From the IMG/VR virus record IMGVR_UViG_3300011417_000007, positions 1 through 42,431 of that record: a DNA stretch of 42,431 nt. One strand, written 5' to 3'. The translations under genes were made by a program, and so were the position numbers. The notes below the pieces were generated by a model. That model was given only the letters and a program-made list of their open reading frames with translations, ran no database searches and was not told the DNA's origin. The DNA comes from a virus. Its lineage: Duplodnaviria > Caudoviricetes. Shown here piece by piece: positions 6,389 through 16,246 of the stretch; the first letter of the stretch is position 1; the number at the start of each line of letters is the position of its first letter.

Positions 6389-6868
6389 ATGTCCAATCCA
6401 GTAGCCATCAAGAAGATCAACTACACCCACGACGGGATGATCGACTTGATTATTGCCCAGCCCGCGATCAGCCAAAACGAGCTTGGCTTCCACTTTGGAT
6501 ATACCCCTGCCTGGGTGTCGCAAGTGATGAGTAGCGATGCCTTCAAGGAACGCCTCGCGGCGCGCAAACAGGAGTTAGTTGACCCCCAGATCATGATGTC
6601 GCTGGATGAAAAATTCACAGCGCTCGCCCATTCTGCGATGGATAAGCTCCAACAGGACGTATCCATTGATATGGTGCCCCAAAAGGGCCTGGTGAAGATC
6701 CTGGAAGTAACCGCCCGCGCACTCGGCTACGGGGCCAAAGACCCCAAGGCCGGGCTCACGGTGAACAACTATGTGGCTGTCTGCCCGCCCAAAGCAGCCT
6801 CATCCAGGGAGTGGGCAACTACCTACACACCTGAAGGCCAACTATGTTCAGAGCCATCGCAGTCTTAG
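6389..6868 (+). CDS. Putative terminase small subunit (HTH)
   Basis: HTH-like ISQNELGFHFGYTPAWVSQVM, located upstream of terL. Start refined to ATG 6389. Confidence 0.65.
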   Translation: MSNPVAIKKINYTHDGMIDLIIAQPAISQNELGFHFGYTPAWVSQVMSSDAFKERLAARKQELVDPQIMMSLDEKFTALAHSAMDKLQQDVSIDMVPQKGLVKILEVTARALGYGAKDPKAGLTVNNYVAVCPPKAASSREWATTYTPEGQLCSEPSQS

Positions 6869-7176
6869 TTCTCGCTGGGTGCGCAACACCGCTTGCTGCC
6901 CAGTCCATCGCCACTGTCGAACATCCCATAGCCGGGCATGTCGTCACTTTGTTTAATGACCAGGGGAAGTGCCCTGAGGGCGCAAAAAGGACCACTTTTC
7001 TGGTCGGCAAGCACCCACAGATTGAGCCTAGCCTCCGCGGGACGACAGTAGAAGGTTGCTGGGCGTTGCACGAAAAGGTGGTCTACGCGCTTTATGACGA
7101 CGGTGACAGGTTACGGCTTCCACAAGAGGCTTTCACCTGGGCTCCTGGTTACAAACCCGCCGCAATGACTCTGTGA
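6844..7176 (+). CDS. Putative lipoprotein / exported protein
   Basis: Signal-like MFRAIAVLVLAGC with a canonical LAGC lipobox. Confidence 0.65.
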   Translation: MFRAIAVLVLAGCATPLAAQSIATVEHPIAGHVVTLFNDQGKCPEGAKRTTFLVGKHPQIEPSLRGTTVEGCWALHEKVVYALYDDGDRLRLPQEAFTWAPGYKPAAMTL

Positions 7177-8645
7177 CCGATCAGTCAGTTATTTGGAGTC
7201 CGAACCCAGGGCCGCAAACGGCCCTGATCGCTTGTCCGGTCTTCGAGATTTTCTACGGTGGGGCTCGAGGAGGCGGGAAAACAGAGGGTTCGGTGGGGGA
7301 TTGGCTGGAACACTCGAACCAATGGGGCCAGCACGCGACGGGAATCTTCGTCCGTCGCAAGTTCAAGCAGCTCTCGGAGGTTATTGCCCGGAGCAAACAG
7401 GTCTTTACCCCTATTGGTGCGAAGTACAACGAGCAGAAGTCCGAATGGATCATGCCGGGGGGCGCTAGGCTGCTGTTTCGGTACTTGGAACGGGACTCCG
7501 ACGCTATGGAGTATCAAGGGCACTCTTATACCAGGGTCTATGTCGAGGAAGCGACGAACTTCCCCTTCCCTGACCCGATAGACAAGCTCCGGGCCACCCT
7601 CCGAACCACCAAGGAAGGGCTCCAAGTCGGCCTCCGGCTCACGGGCAATCCAGGTGGTCCTGGGCATCTCTGGGTCAAGAAGCGCTATATTGATCCGGAC
7701 CCGGCGGGCTGGAAAATCATCGTCGAAAAGTTCATGAATCCCTTCACGCACCAGGAAATGGAGCTGGAGCGGGTTTTCATCCCCTCGAAGCTGTCGGATA
7801 ACGAAGCCTGCATGCGGAATGACCCATTGTACGCGGCGCGACTGCAGCAACAGGGCTCTAAGCAGCTGGTAGAGGCCTGGCTCCTGGGCCTTTGGGACAT
7901 AATCGACGGAGCGTTCTTCTCCGAGTGGGACTCGGTCAAGCATGTTCTGCCCTACGAATGGCTCCAGCGGATTCCTCCCCATTCCTACTGCTACAGGTCG
8001 TTTGACTGGGGCTATGCCAAGCCCTTTTCCTGCGGTTGGTACGTGATGAGTGATGGAACCTGGGGATTGCCCCGCGGGGCGCTGGTGAAGATCGATGAAT
8101 GGTACGGATGCACGGAAAAGCCGAATACTGGCCTACGCCTCGATGCTGGGGCAGTGGCTGACGGGATCAAAGCTCGAGACGAAGCCCTCGAACGCAGGTA
8201 TGGTCTTCGTGTGCGGTCTGGCGTTGCGGACCCGGCTATCTTCATCAAGGATGGTGGGCCCTCCATCGCAGAAGAGTTCATGAAGCGGGGGGTGATCTTC
8301 TCCAGGGCAGATAACAAGCGTGTGCCTGGATGGGTTCAGCTCCGGACAAGGCTTGTAGGTGATGCCGAGGGCCCCCAGCTATACTTCATGGAAACCTGCG
8401 ACGATACGATCAGGACGCTGCCGACGCTCCAGCACGAGGAAAAGAATCTGGAAGACCTGGACACCGATGGCGAGGACCATGCTGCCGACGAGACCCGCTA
8501 CGCCTGCATGGCTCGACCCGTGGTACGTGACAAGTCTAAAGCCCAGGGTATCCTGATGCCCAAATTGCCGGGTCAGTTAACCTTTAACGACTTGCTGGCC
8601 ATGAATCGGAAGAAACGGCTCATGGCTGAAGCTGAGAGGGCTTAA
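7173..8645 (+). CDS. terL: Terminase large subunit
   Basis: Walker A YGGARGGGKT, Walker B VYVEEA, LTGNPGGPGH coupling motif, nuclease DWG and EDHAADETRY. Confidence 0.95.
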   Translation: MTDQSVIWSPNPGPQTALIACPVFEIFYGGARGGGKTEGSVGDWLEHSNQWGQHATGIFVRRKFKQLSEVIARSKQVFTPIGAKYNEQKSEWIMPGGARLLFRYLERDSDAMEYQGHSYTRVYVEEATNFPFPDPIDKLRATLRTTKEGLQVGLRLTGNPGGPGHLWVKKRYIDPDPAGWKIIVEKFMNPFTHQEMELERVFIPSKLSDNEACMRNDPLYAARLQQQGSKQLVEAWLLGLWDIIDGAFFSEWDSVKHVLPYEWLQRIPPHSYCYRSFDWGYAKPFSCGWYVMSDGTWGLPRGALVKIDEWYGCTEKPNTGLRLDAGAVADGIKARDEALERRYGLRVRSGVADPAIFIKDGGPSIAEEFMKRGVIFSRADNKRVPGWVQLRTRLVGDAEGPQLYFMETCDDTIRTLPTLQHEEKNLEDLDTDGEDHAADETRYACMARPVVRDKSKAQGILMPKLPGQLTFNDLLAMNRKKRLMAEAERA

Positions 8646-8647
8646 GA

Positions 8648-11029
8648 ATGGCGGCCAGAAAGCCGGAAGATGTGTTCGGTGCTGTAGAACAGCGCCAAAA
8701 GCAGCTAGAAAAGCAATGGCTGTCTGACGCCCGCAAGGTCGTCCAACTCTACGAAGCAGAGGACAATGATGGTGGGGACCAGTCCCTTACTACAGTCAAA
8801 ACGCCCTTCAACATCCTCTACTCCAACACAGAAACTCTCCTCCCCGCAGTCTACAACTCCACCCCTCGGCCTGAAGTAGCGCGCCGCTACACCGGGTCGC
8901 AGGAAGTTCGAATCCTCGACATGGCTGTTAGCCAAGTCTCTGAGCGAGTGCTCGAATATGCAGCGGACACCAACGACGGCGAATACCAGACTTATGACGA
9001 CGCGTGTCAGGATGCTGTTCTCGGAGCCCTGGTTCCGGGCCAAGGCCAAGTTCGCGTGCGCTTCAAGCAAGAAGGCCAGTACCAAGCCACCTGTTTCGAC
9101 TCTGTAGACTATGACAGGTTCATCTGGGCCTATGCCAGGAAATGGTGTAATGTCCCCTGGGTGGCGTTTGGCCATGATCTGAACCAGGCGGACTTCCTCG
9201 AGCAGTTCCCGGACATGAAGAATGATCCGGATTATAAGAAGATTAACTGGAAAGAGCGGGTTGAGACGCTTCAACCGCCTGATCCCAATGCCTCCAAGGA
9301 CTCGACGAAGAAGGAACCCACGCTCTTGGTGTGGGAGGTCCACTTTGCCACGACGAAAGAGATCAAGTGGGTTTGCGAGGACTTCAAGAAGAAGTTCTTG
9401 CTGGAGGAAGAGTACCCCTTCGCCCTTACGACCAGATTCCCCTGCCCGGAACCACTGAAATTCTTCAAGCGCAACGGCAACCTGACTCCTGTTCCGATCT
9501 ATAAGCTTTATGAGAAGCAGGCGCGGGAGCTAAACCGCATCAGCACTCGCATCGACCGAGTAGTTAACGCCCTCCGAGTCCGTGGGGCCTACAACGGTCA
9601 GATGACTGAACTCGAGCAAATCCTGTCCGAGGACACGGATAACGCGCTCGTCGCAGTCGAGAACGCTTCCCTGATGGACGGTTCGGGCTTCGACAAGCAC
9701 ATCTGGCTCCTCCCGATCGAGAAACTGGTCACAGTTCTCCGCGAGCTGTATATAGCCAGGGACGCTTGCAAGCAGACCATTTACGAGATTACTGGCATCG
9801 GCGACGTGATTCGGGGGGCGACAGACCCTGGCGAAACCGCCAAGGCCCAGACCATCAAGAATCAGTGGGGCACTCTCCGGATGAAGCGCATCCAGAAGGA
9901 CACGCAAACCTTCTGCCTGGCCCTGTTCCGTATCACCCTCGAGTTCGCTGCCAACCTCTACACCCCCCTCACCTTCAAGCAGGTGACGCAGTTAGAGCTG
10001 CCCATGATGGCGACGAAGCAAGCCGCCCAGCAAAAGATCGCAATGTTGAAGTCAGCACCACCGGGACCCCCAGGGCCTGATGGACAACCTGCCCCACCTC
10101 CGCAGCCCTCGCAGGACGAGGTCCTCGCCGCTAACCTTCCTGCTTGGGAAGAAGTAGTCGGAATCCTGCAGGACAAATTCGAGCGGACCTACCGAATCGA
10201 TGTCGAAACCAACTCCACTGTTGACCTTGAAGCCACCGAGGACAAGGCCGCTATTGGAGAGTTCATGAACGCTTTCGGCCAAATGGCTGCGGGTTTACAG
10301 CCATTGGTCGAGAGCGGTGTGTTGCCTTTTGAGGCTTCGAAGACGATTATGCAGGAAGTGTTTAGACGCTTCAGGTTCGGTCGTAGGGTGGAAAGTGCGC
10401 TGGAGCAGATGCAACAGCCGCCACCGCCGCAGGACAATGGCGCGAAGGACGAGCTGCACAAGGCCCAGATGATGAAGGTCCAGGCTGATGCTGCGAAGGC
10501 TATGGAGGCTTCGGAACGCAAGGTCCTGGAGATGCAGGAGACTGTGACTGAGGTGACTGGAACTAACGAACGCCTGAAGATTCAGTTGGAGCAAGGAAAA
10601 CTGAAGCAATCGGAAATCACGGCCTCGAGCGCCTTGACACAGAAACAGCTCCATGCGGATGGACAGGCGAAGCTGCGGGATGCTACTGATAAGCATAGGA
10701 ATGAGGTTGCCGGGCTGCATCAGCAGAAGATGGTTGATGGCGCTAAGCTGATTTCGAAGGACCTGGACGCGAAGGTGGTCGGGCTTGAACAGAAGCTGGG
10801 TGAAGTGCAGAAGGCTAAGCAGCCGAATCCGGTGGTAGATCAGATGCTGCCAGAGCTGCAAAAGATGACCCTGGCCAATGATAAGATGATGACGCAGCTG
10901 GAGGCGCAGAACAAGCGCTTCGAAGAAATGGTGACGCAGTTGCTGAAAGTGATGGCCAGCCCGCGGAAGCTGACTCTGACAAAAGGACCGAAAGGCGAGA
11001 CCCTCGGCGGGTCGAGTACTATAGGATAA
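8648..11029 (+). CDS. Portal protein (podovirus type with long C-terminal coiled coil)
   Basis: 793 aa directly after terL. FNILYSNTETL.PAVY, IYEITGIGDVIRG and YRIDVETNS motifs. Confidence 0.85.
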   Translation: MAARKPEDVFGAVEQRQKQLEKQWLSDARKVVQLYEAEDNDGGDQSLTTVKTPFNILYSNTETLLPAVYNSTPRPEVARRYTGSQEVRILDMAVSQVSERVLEYAADTNDGEYQTYDDACQDAVLGALVPGQGQVRVRFKQEGQYQATCFDSVDYDRFIWAYARKWCNVPWVAFGHDLNQADFLEQFPDMKNDPDYKKINWKERVETLQPPDPNASKDSTKKEPTLLVWEVHFATTKEIKWVCEDFKKKFLLEEEYPFALTTRFPCPEPLKFFKRNGNLTPVPIYKLYEKQARELNRISTRIDRVVNALRVRGAYNGQMTELEQILSEDTDNALVAVENASLMDGSGFDKHIWLLPIEKLVTVLRELYIARDACKQTIYEITGIGDVIRGATDPGETAKAQTIKNQWGTLRMKRIQKDTQTFCLALFRITLEFAANLYTPLTFKQVTQLELPMMATKQAAQQKIAMLKSAPPGPPGPDGQPAPPPQPSQDEVLAANLPAWEEVVGILQDKFERTYRIDVETNSTVDLEATEDKAAIGEFMNAFGQMAAGLQPLVESGVLPFEASKTIMQEVFRRFRFGRRVESALEQMQQPPPPQDNGAKDELHKAQMMKVQADAAKAMEASERKVLEMQETVTEVTGTNERLKIQLEQGKLKQSEITASSALTQKQLHADGQAKLRDATDKHRNEVAGLHQQKMVDGAKLISKDLDAKVVGLEQKLGEVQKAKQPNPVVDQMLPELQKMTLANDKMMTQLEAQNKRFEEMVTQLLKVMASPRKLTLTKGPKGETLGGSSTIG

Positions 11030-11033
11030 GACT

Positions 11034-11408
11034 ATGGCTGTTGACTATATTGCTTCGTTAAAGACCACCCGGATGCAGGCCGTCAGAGATGCGATCGACG
11101 GGGATGTGGGTGCTGGAACGCTGGAGGTACATACAGCGGCTTTCGGAGCGTTGCTGATCACTTTTACCCTGGCTGATCCGGCTTCCTCGGTGGCAGGGTC
11201 GGTGCTAACGCTGCTCGGAGTGCCGATTTTGGCGAATGCCGGGGCTGGTGGAGTGGCGGCGGTCGCTAGGATCAAGGACAATTCGGGGGATGTGATTGTT
11301 AATAACTTGACAGTCGGGACATCGGGCACCGATATCATTATCTCTAACACAACGATCACCAACGGCGCGGAGTACTCGCTTACCGCTGGCACTATTACGC
11401 ATAGCTGA
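11034..11408 (+). CDS. Putative virion structural protein (head accessory)
   Basis: 124 aa, Gly/Ala/Thr-rich beta-type sequence in the head module. Confidence 0.65.
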   Translation: MAVDYIASLKTTRMQAVRDAIDGDVGAGTLEVHTAAFGALLITFTLADPASSVAGSVLTLLGVPILANAGAGGVAAVARIKDNSGDVIVNNLTVGTSGTDIIISNTTITNGAEYSLTAGTITHS

Positions 11409-12208
11409 TGGCTATCACAACTCTCGACGGGGTGATTGCAGGATTTCAGCCGCCCCAGGAATGGGCTAAAACTGGAGCTGGTACGCAGGTTCTTGGGCGC
11501 TACTACTCCACCTTCTACGCGGCGGGTAGACCTGGACCAGCAGTAGCTCCCACACCAGGAATGGCGGGTGCGGCGCTGACTGCGTATGCAGGCCAGATTC
11601 CATTTCCTAATGGTGCGGCGGCGCAGTATCTGGCCAAAGCCAACATTTGGGCCAACGTTTCTGGCTGCTTGGTCATTTGCGATCGCCTGTGGCATCAATC
11701 AGGCATCAGTGTTACGACCACGACCGCACAGACGATCAACTCTGTGGCTTGGCCGGCGCGCGATAGTAATGGCTCTACCAACGGCGAAGGCGTTCGCATT
11801 GGACTGGAAGTTTCGACAGCTACTGGAGCGGGCGCCTCGGTTCACTCGATTAGCTACACCGATCAGTCGGGCAACGCAGGTGCGACGGGTTCTCCTCGGG
11901 TAGCTTATGCGGCTTCCTCTATCGCAGGTGCCTTTTATGACTATGGGTTAGCTGCAGGGGATACTGGTGTCAGGTCTGTCCAAACCTTTACCAGCACTGT
12001 GTCGATGTCTTCAGGAGTCGTTCACCTTGTAGCTTATCGAGAGCTGGCGCGTATCCCCACCACAGGCCTGGTGGAGTTTGGTCAGGACCTGCTTGGAATC
12101 GGAATGCCAGAACTTTTTAATGACACGGTACCTTTCCTGCTGTGGTTTCCTACGGCTACGACCGCACCGAGTGTCTTAGCTGGTCAGATCATCTACACGC
12201 ACGGCTGA
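11408..12208 (+). CDS. Putative virion structural protein, paralogue A (MAITT... family)
   Basis: 266 aa, clearly homologous to 12210-13034. Confidence 0.75.
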   Translation: MAITTLDGVIAGFQPPQEWAKTGAGTQVLGRYYSTFYAAGRPGPAVAPTPGMAGAALTAYAGQIPFPNGAAAQYLAKANIWANVSGCLVICDRLWHQSGISVTTTTAQTINSVAWPARDSNGSTNGEGVRIGLEVSTATGAGASVHSISYTDQSGNAGATGSPRVAYAASSIAGAFYDYGLAAGDTGVRSVQTFTSTVSMSSGVVHLVAYRELARIPTTGLVEFGQDLLGIGMPELFNDTVPFLLWFPTATTAPSVLAGQIIYTHG

Positions 12209-12209
12209 T

Positions 12210-13034
12210 ATGGCGATCACTACAATGGCTGGAGTCATTGCGGGCTTGCAGCCTGTCGTGCCTTTTACCAAGTCCGGCGCGGGTACTCCTGTGGTTGCTC
12301 GGCCCTTTTCGCTCTGGTACGTTGGCGGTAGTCCGGGGGGCGCAGCAGTTCCTTCTTCTGGGCTGGCTGGAGCAGCTCTCTCGGCTCCTGTTACCGGGCA
12401 AATGCCTTTTTTGAATCCGGTTTCTGGAAACGCTTATCTCGCACGGTTTAGTGCTATAGCTTCGCAAACGGGGAGTAATCCGTCGGGAAGCTATATTCTG
12501 TGCGATCGGCTTTGGCAGAACTCCGGTATCAGCGTCACGACGACTGGGGCGCAGACGATTAATTCCGTTGCTTGGCCAGCGCGGGATAATGACGGCTCGA
12601 CTAACGGAGAGGGGGTGCGCATAGGCTTGGAGCTTAGCACAGCGACAGGGGCAGGAGCCTCAGTGGTCTCGATCTCTTACACTGATCAGGGGGGCACTGC
12701 GGGTGCAACTGGGGCCTGTATGCCTGCTTATGCGGCTAGTTCAGCCGTTAACTCTTTCTACACCTTTGCTTTAGAAGCTGGTGATACCGGGGTGCGTTCG
12801 ATCCAGTCTTATACCTCCACTGTCTCCATGTCCTCGGGAGTAGTACATCTAGTAGCCTTTCGCATAATCGCGCGGCTGGCTATGAGTTTCTCAAATGGTG
12901 AAGTCTATCTTGACGCTGTGACGGGCGGGATGCCTCGCTTGTACAATGACAGTGTCCCCTTCCTGCTCTACATGCCAGGAAACACCAACGGCCAGAACCC
13001 GGTCCACGGCCAGATTCTCTGGACCCACGGGTAA
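12210..13034 (+). CDS. Putative virion structural protein, paralogue B
   Basis: 274 aa tandem paralogue of 11408-12208. Confidence 0.75.
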   Translation: MAITTMAGVIAGLQPVVPFTKSGAGTPVVARPFSLWYVGGSPGGAAVPSSGLAGAALSAPVTGQMPFLNPVSGNAYLARFSAIASQTGSNPSGSYILCDRLWQNSGISVTTTGAQTINSVAWPARDNDGSTNGEGVRIGLELSTATGAGASVVSISYTDQGGTAGATGACMPAYAASSAVNSFYTFALEAGDTGVRSIQSYTSTVSMSSGVVHLVAFRIIARLAMSFSNGEVYLDAVTGGMPRLYNDSVPFLLYMPGNTNGQNPVHGQILWTHG

Positions 13035-13037
13035 ATC

Positions 13038-13703
13038 GTGTCTGGGCAAGGCGACTTCCCATTCCGGTCGAGCTGGTTCCTAAATAGACAATCAGGGCTC
13101 AACCAGCAAGAAGCTTGGAGACAGATTCCAGTCCTTTGGACGCCTGTACTTACAGTACGAAATACAGAAGATAGTGGTTTAGTCTGGACTGACTGGTTCT
13201 TTGAGGGGGTGACTACCACTCCTCTCGAGCTGGCAGCAACAGAAGCTCCCGACGTTGCGGCTTTTGAGGTAAGTGTCACAGCTCGCTTGGCCGCGACCGA
13301 AGCACCTGACGTAGCCGTCTTCGAAATTAGCGTCACCGCACGTCTTGCAGCTACCGAAGCCCAGGACATCGCAGCGTTTGCTATGGAAGCGAGTAGTGCG
13401 GCTACTCCGTTAGAGCTGGCAGCAACCGAGGCTCCTGACGTAGCAGCTTTTCTCCTCACTCCCTCAGCTGTTCCTGCCCCTAGTGGTGGGAACTACGGCG
13501 CGGGTGGCGGGCAAGGGGGAATTAGCTTCAAGAAACTGGTCGACGAGATCTTCGAGGAAGAGTTTAGCCCGAAACCTGTTGCTGTGACAGTAGGGCCGAG
13601 GGTCTTCACGGAACCTGATATTGCAACTTTGTTGCCAGTCCCTAAACTTCAACCTCGCGATAATTCCGACGAGGACCTTGTGTTACTTTTATTCCTGGAC
13701 TAG
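13038..13703 (+). CDS. Repeat-containing putative virion protein (four LAATEAxDxAxF repeats)
   Basis: Repeats with about 19-aa periodicity and an acidic-hydrophobic C-terminus DEDLVLLLFLD. Confidence 0.7.
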   Translation: MSGQGDFPFRSSWFLNRQSGLNQQEAWRQIPVLWTPVLTVRNTEDSGLVWTDWFFEGVTTTPLELAATEAPDVAAFEVSVTARLAATEAPDVAVFEISVTARLAATEAQDIAAFAMEASSAATPLELAATEAPDVAAFLLTPSAVPAPSGGNYGAGGGQGGISFKKLVDEIFEEEFSPKPVAVTVGPRVFTEPDIATLLPVPKLQPRDNSDEDLVLLLFLD

Positions 13704-13715
13704 AAAGGACCCAGC

Positions 13716-13958
13716 ATGCCAAATGCTCTCAACGTAGCAACTTATCCGACTTCCACGGCAGTAACGGCCAGCGACGCTACCCCTGTCAAATGTCGGGCGC
13801 TGTTCGCGGGCGGTGCGGGAACTCTGGTGATCAAGCACTTCGCTACGGATTCATCCAAAACGTTTACAGTGCCTGCCGGCTACCTCCTCCCTGTTGAACT
13901 AGATGACGGGCGGGTCATGGCAGCTTCGACAGCTACTGGAATCGTCGCCTTGTCCTAA
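13716..13958 (+). CDS. Head spike base protein-like (RcGTA Rcc01079 family)
   Basis: AVTASD..RALFAGGAGTL..TFTVPAG.LLPV..TATGIVAL pattern. Confidence 0.7.
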   Translation: MPNALNVATYPTSTAVTASDATPVKCRALFAGGAGTLVIKHFATDSSKTFTVPAGYLLPVELDDGRVMAASTATGIVALS

Positions 13959-14308
13959 TGCCAGTATACGAATACTTCTGTGACTGCGGCAAACGCGAAA
14001 CAGCGTACCGCACAGTGGCTACAAGGGGCGATTCTCCCATCTGTCACGGGCCTATGACTAGGCAAGAGGTCAATCGGACCTTTGTCTCCGTGGATTACCC
14101 TGCGTACGTCTCCCCTGCGACTGGAAAAGTGATCGAGGGCAAGCGCCAGCACATCGAAGACCTGAAACGGTCGGGGTGCAGGATCAAAGAACCAGGAGAA
14201 ACTCGAGATTTTGCGAAGAACGCTTCGAAGATTCATGAAGCGAATATCAACCAAGCGGTAGATCAAGCAGTAGACGCTGCGGCCCGCGACCTTGGAATGG
14301 GGTGTTAA
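13958..14308 (+). CDS. FmdB-like zinc-ribbon protein
   Basis: MPVYEYFCDCG N-terminus and YVSPATGKVIEG...EDLKRSGC. Confidence 0.75.
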   Translation: MPVYEYFCDCGKRETAYRTVATRGDSPICHGPMTRQEVNRTFVSVDYPAYVSPATGKVIEGKRQHIEDLKRSGCRIKEPGETRDFAKNASKIHEANINQAVDQAVDAAARDLGMGC

Positions 14309-15211
14309 ATGCCTGGTTTAGAAGACGTTGATTTCGGTGCGGATATGACTGCCCAACTGGGAGAAATCGAAGCGCGTGGGGACTCAGCACCGCCCACGCC
14401 TTCGCTGCAGCCATCTTCGTCCGCTCCTCCGGTCGGCTCGCCGCCTGCACCCACAGCTGACCCCGCTGCGCCTGCTCCTCCTGCCTGGGCTGCTCCTCCA
14501 AAGTCCTGGGCCAAGGAAATGCACGATCACTACGCCACGCTCCAGGACCCGATCAAGGAATACGTCCACAAGCGTGACAAAGACTACCTCGACGGCATCA
14601 TGCAGTACAAGACGCCGCTGGACAAGTGGAACCAGACGCTGGAGCCCTTCAAGGACCTGTTCACGGAACAAGGCGGAATGGACCCGCACCACGTCTTTGG
14701 CTCCCTGATGAATGCCCACCTGATCCTGAAGTTCGGCACCCCGGAGCAGAAGGCGGAACTCGCCACTGCCCTGGACCAGGACTACGGAATGAAAGGGCTG
14801 TACTCCGGCCAAGCTCCCAATGCCGAGGTCCAGAACCTCACCCAACGACTCCGCTCTATCGAAACGGGTCTTGAGGCTCAAAACCAAGCTGACACGAAGA
14901 AAGTTGTAGACTCCTTTTTCGCGGACTCGAAGAACGAGTTTGCAAAAGAGGTCGTTGCTGACATGCACGGCCTTATTAAGTCCGGGGCAGCCCAGGACTT
15001 GCCGGACGCCTATCAAAAGGCCATCTGGCTGAACCCAACAGTACGAGCCAAGCTCGTCGAACGGGAAGCAGCCGCGATGGGGACACCTAAGAAGGGCGCT
15101 CCGACAAATGTCAGATCGAGTGCTACACCGGCAGCTCCGACAAGCTCCGCCGATGAGTCGATTGATGATACGCTGAAAGCAACAATGGCTAACATTCTCT
15201 CTCGAACTTAG
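14309..15211 (+). CDS. Capsid scaffolding protein
   Basis: Pro/Ala-rich N-terminus, helical body, located immediately before the capsid gene. Confidence 0.75.
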   Translation: MPGLEDVDFGADMTAQLGEIEARGDSAPPTPSLQPSSSAPPVGSPPAPTADPAAPAPPAWAAPPKSWAKEMHDHYATLQDPIKEYVHKRDKDYLDGIMQYKTPLDKWNQTLEPFKDLFTEQGGMDPHHVFGSLMNAHLILKFGTPEQKAELATALDQDYGMKGLYSGQAPNAEVQNLTQRLRSIETGLEAQNQADTKKVVDSFFADSKNEFAKEVVADMHGLIKSGAAQDLPDAYQKAIWLNPTVRAKLVEREAAAMGTPKKGAPTNVRSSATPAAPTSSADESIDDTLKATMANILSRT

Positions 15212-15220
15212 GAGCTTTAA

Positions 15221-16195
15221 ATGCCCTCACCAAACGCAACATTTACGGAACTGGTCACAACGACCTTCCGTAAACACCGTAGCAAAGTCGCGGATAACGT
15301 GACTCGCAACAACGCCTTTCTGAAGAAAGTCAAGTCGAAAGGCATGTACTCGACCGAGTCTGGTGGTCTTTCGATCGCCATGCCGCTGGAGTACGCAGAA
15401 AACGGCACTTACCAGCGTTATAGCGGCTTCGACGTCCTGAACGTTGCGCAGTCAGATGTCTTGACGGCAGCTGAGTACCAATGGCGTCAGATCGCTATTC
15501 ACGTCGTGGCCTCAGGTCGTGAACTGCGCATCAACAGCGGCCCGGAGCGTATCGTCAATCTGGCGAAATCCAGGCTGAAGAACGCCATGAACAGCTTCAA
15601 CAACAACTTTTCCTTCGACTTGTACAGTGACGGTTCGCTGAGCAACCAGATCAACGGGCTGCAATCGATCGTAGCTGATGCAGGTACGGGTACAGTTGGC
15701 GGAATCGACTCCTCGTCCTATCCTTTCTGGCAGAGCGCCGTGCAGTCGGCTGCGGCTCCGCTTCAAGGTGGTGGCGCAGTGGTCCCGTCAGCAACGACCA
15801 TCGAAGGCCAGCTGATGCTTCCGCTTTGGCTCAACCAGGTCCGCGGGAATGACAAGCCTGACTTGATTATCGCCTCGAACGATTACTTCTCGTTCTTCGA
15901 GTCGTCCCAAGTCTCGATCAAGCGTTATACAAACGATAGCGAGGCCAATGCTGGCTTCACGACCCTGATGTATAAAGGCTGCCCGGTCATCTTCGACGGC
16001 AACTCGGGAATCCCAAGCTCGCGGATGTACTTCCTGAACTCTGAATATCTTGGTGTTGTCGCCCACAAGGACGCTGACATCACGGTGAATGATGAGGTCA
16101 GCCCGTACAACCAAGACGCCGTCGTCATCCCGGTTCTCTGGATGGGTAATGTGACTTGCAGCAATCGCCGGCTGCAGGGCATCATCAAGCCATAA
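15221..16195 (+). CDS. Major capsid protein
   Basis: 324 aa. ADNVTRNNAFL, YSGFDVLN, AEYQWRQ, INGLQ and GNVTCSNR motifs are typical of this podovirus capsid family. Confidence 0.9.
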   Translation: MPSPNATFTELVTTTFRKHRSKVADNVTRNNAFLKKVKSKGMYSTESGGLSIAMPLEYAENGTYQRYSGFDVLNVAQSDVLTAAEYQWRQIAIHVVASGRELRINSGPERIVNLAKSRLKNAMNSFNNNFSFDLYSDGSLSNQINGLQSIVADAGTGTVGGIDSSSYPFWQSAVQSAAAPLQGGGAVVPSATTIEGQLMLPLWLNQVRGNDKPDLIIASNDYFSFFESSQVSIKRYTNDSEANAGFTTLMYKGCPVIFDGNSGIPSSRMYFLNSEYLGVVAHKDADITVNDEVSPYNQDAVVIPVLWMGNVTCSNRRLQGIIKP

Positions 16196-16246
16196 CGGTG
16201 CCACATAACGAACCCTTAATGTGGAACCTCTGAAAAGGAAACTGAA

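Noticed and set aside
11408-13034. Possible diversity-generating retroelement template/variable repeat pair
   Set aside because: Differences fall at synonymous positions of all bases rather than being adenine-specific, and there is no reverse transcriptase.
13220-13455. Repeats resembling a CRISPR or mini-array
   Set aside because: These are protein-level repeats with divergent codons inside an ORF. There are no identical DNA repeats with unique spacers.
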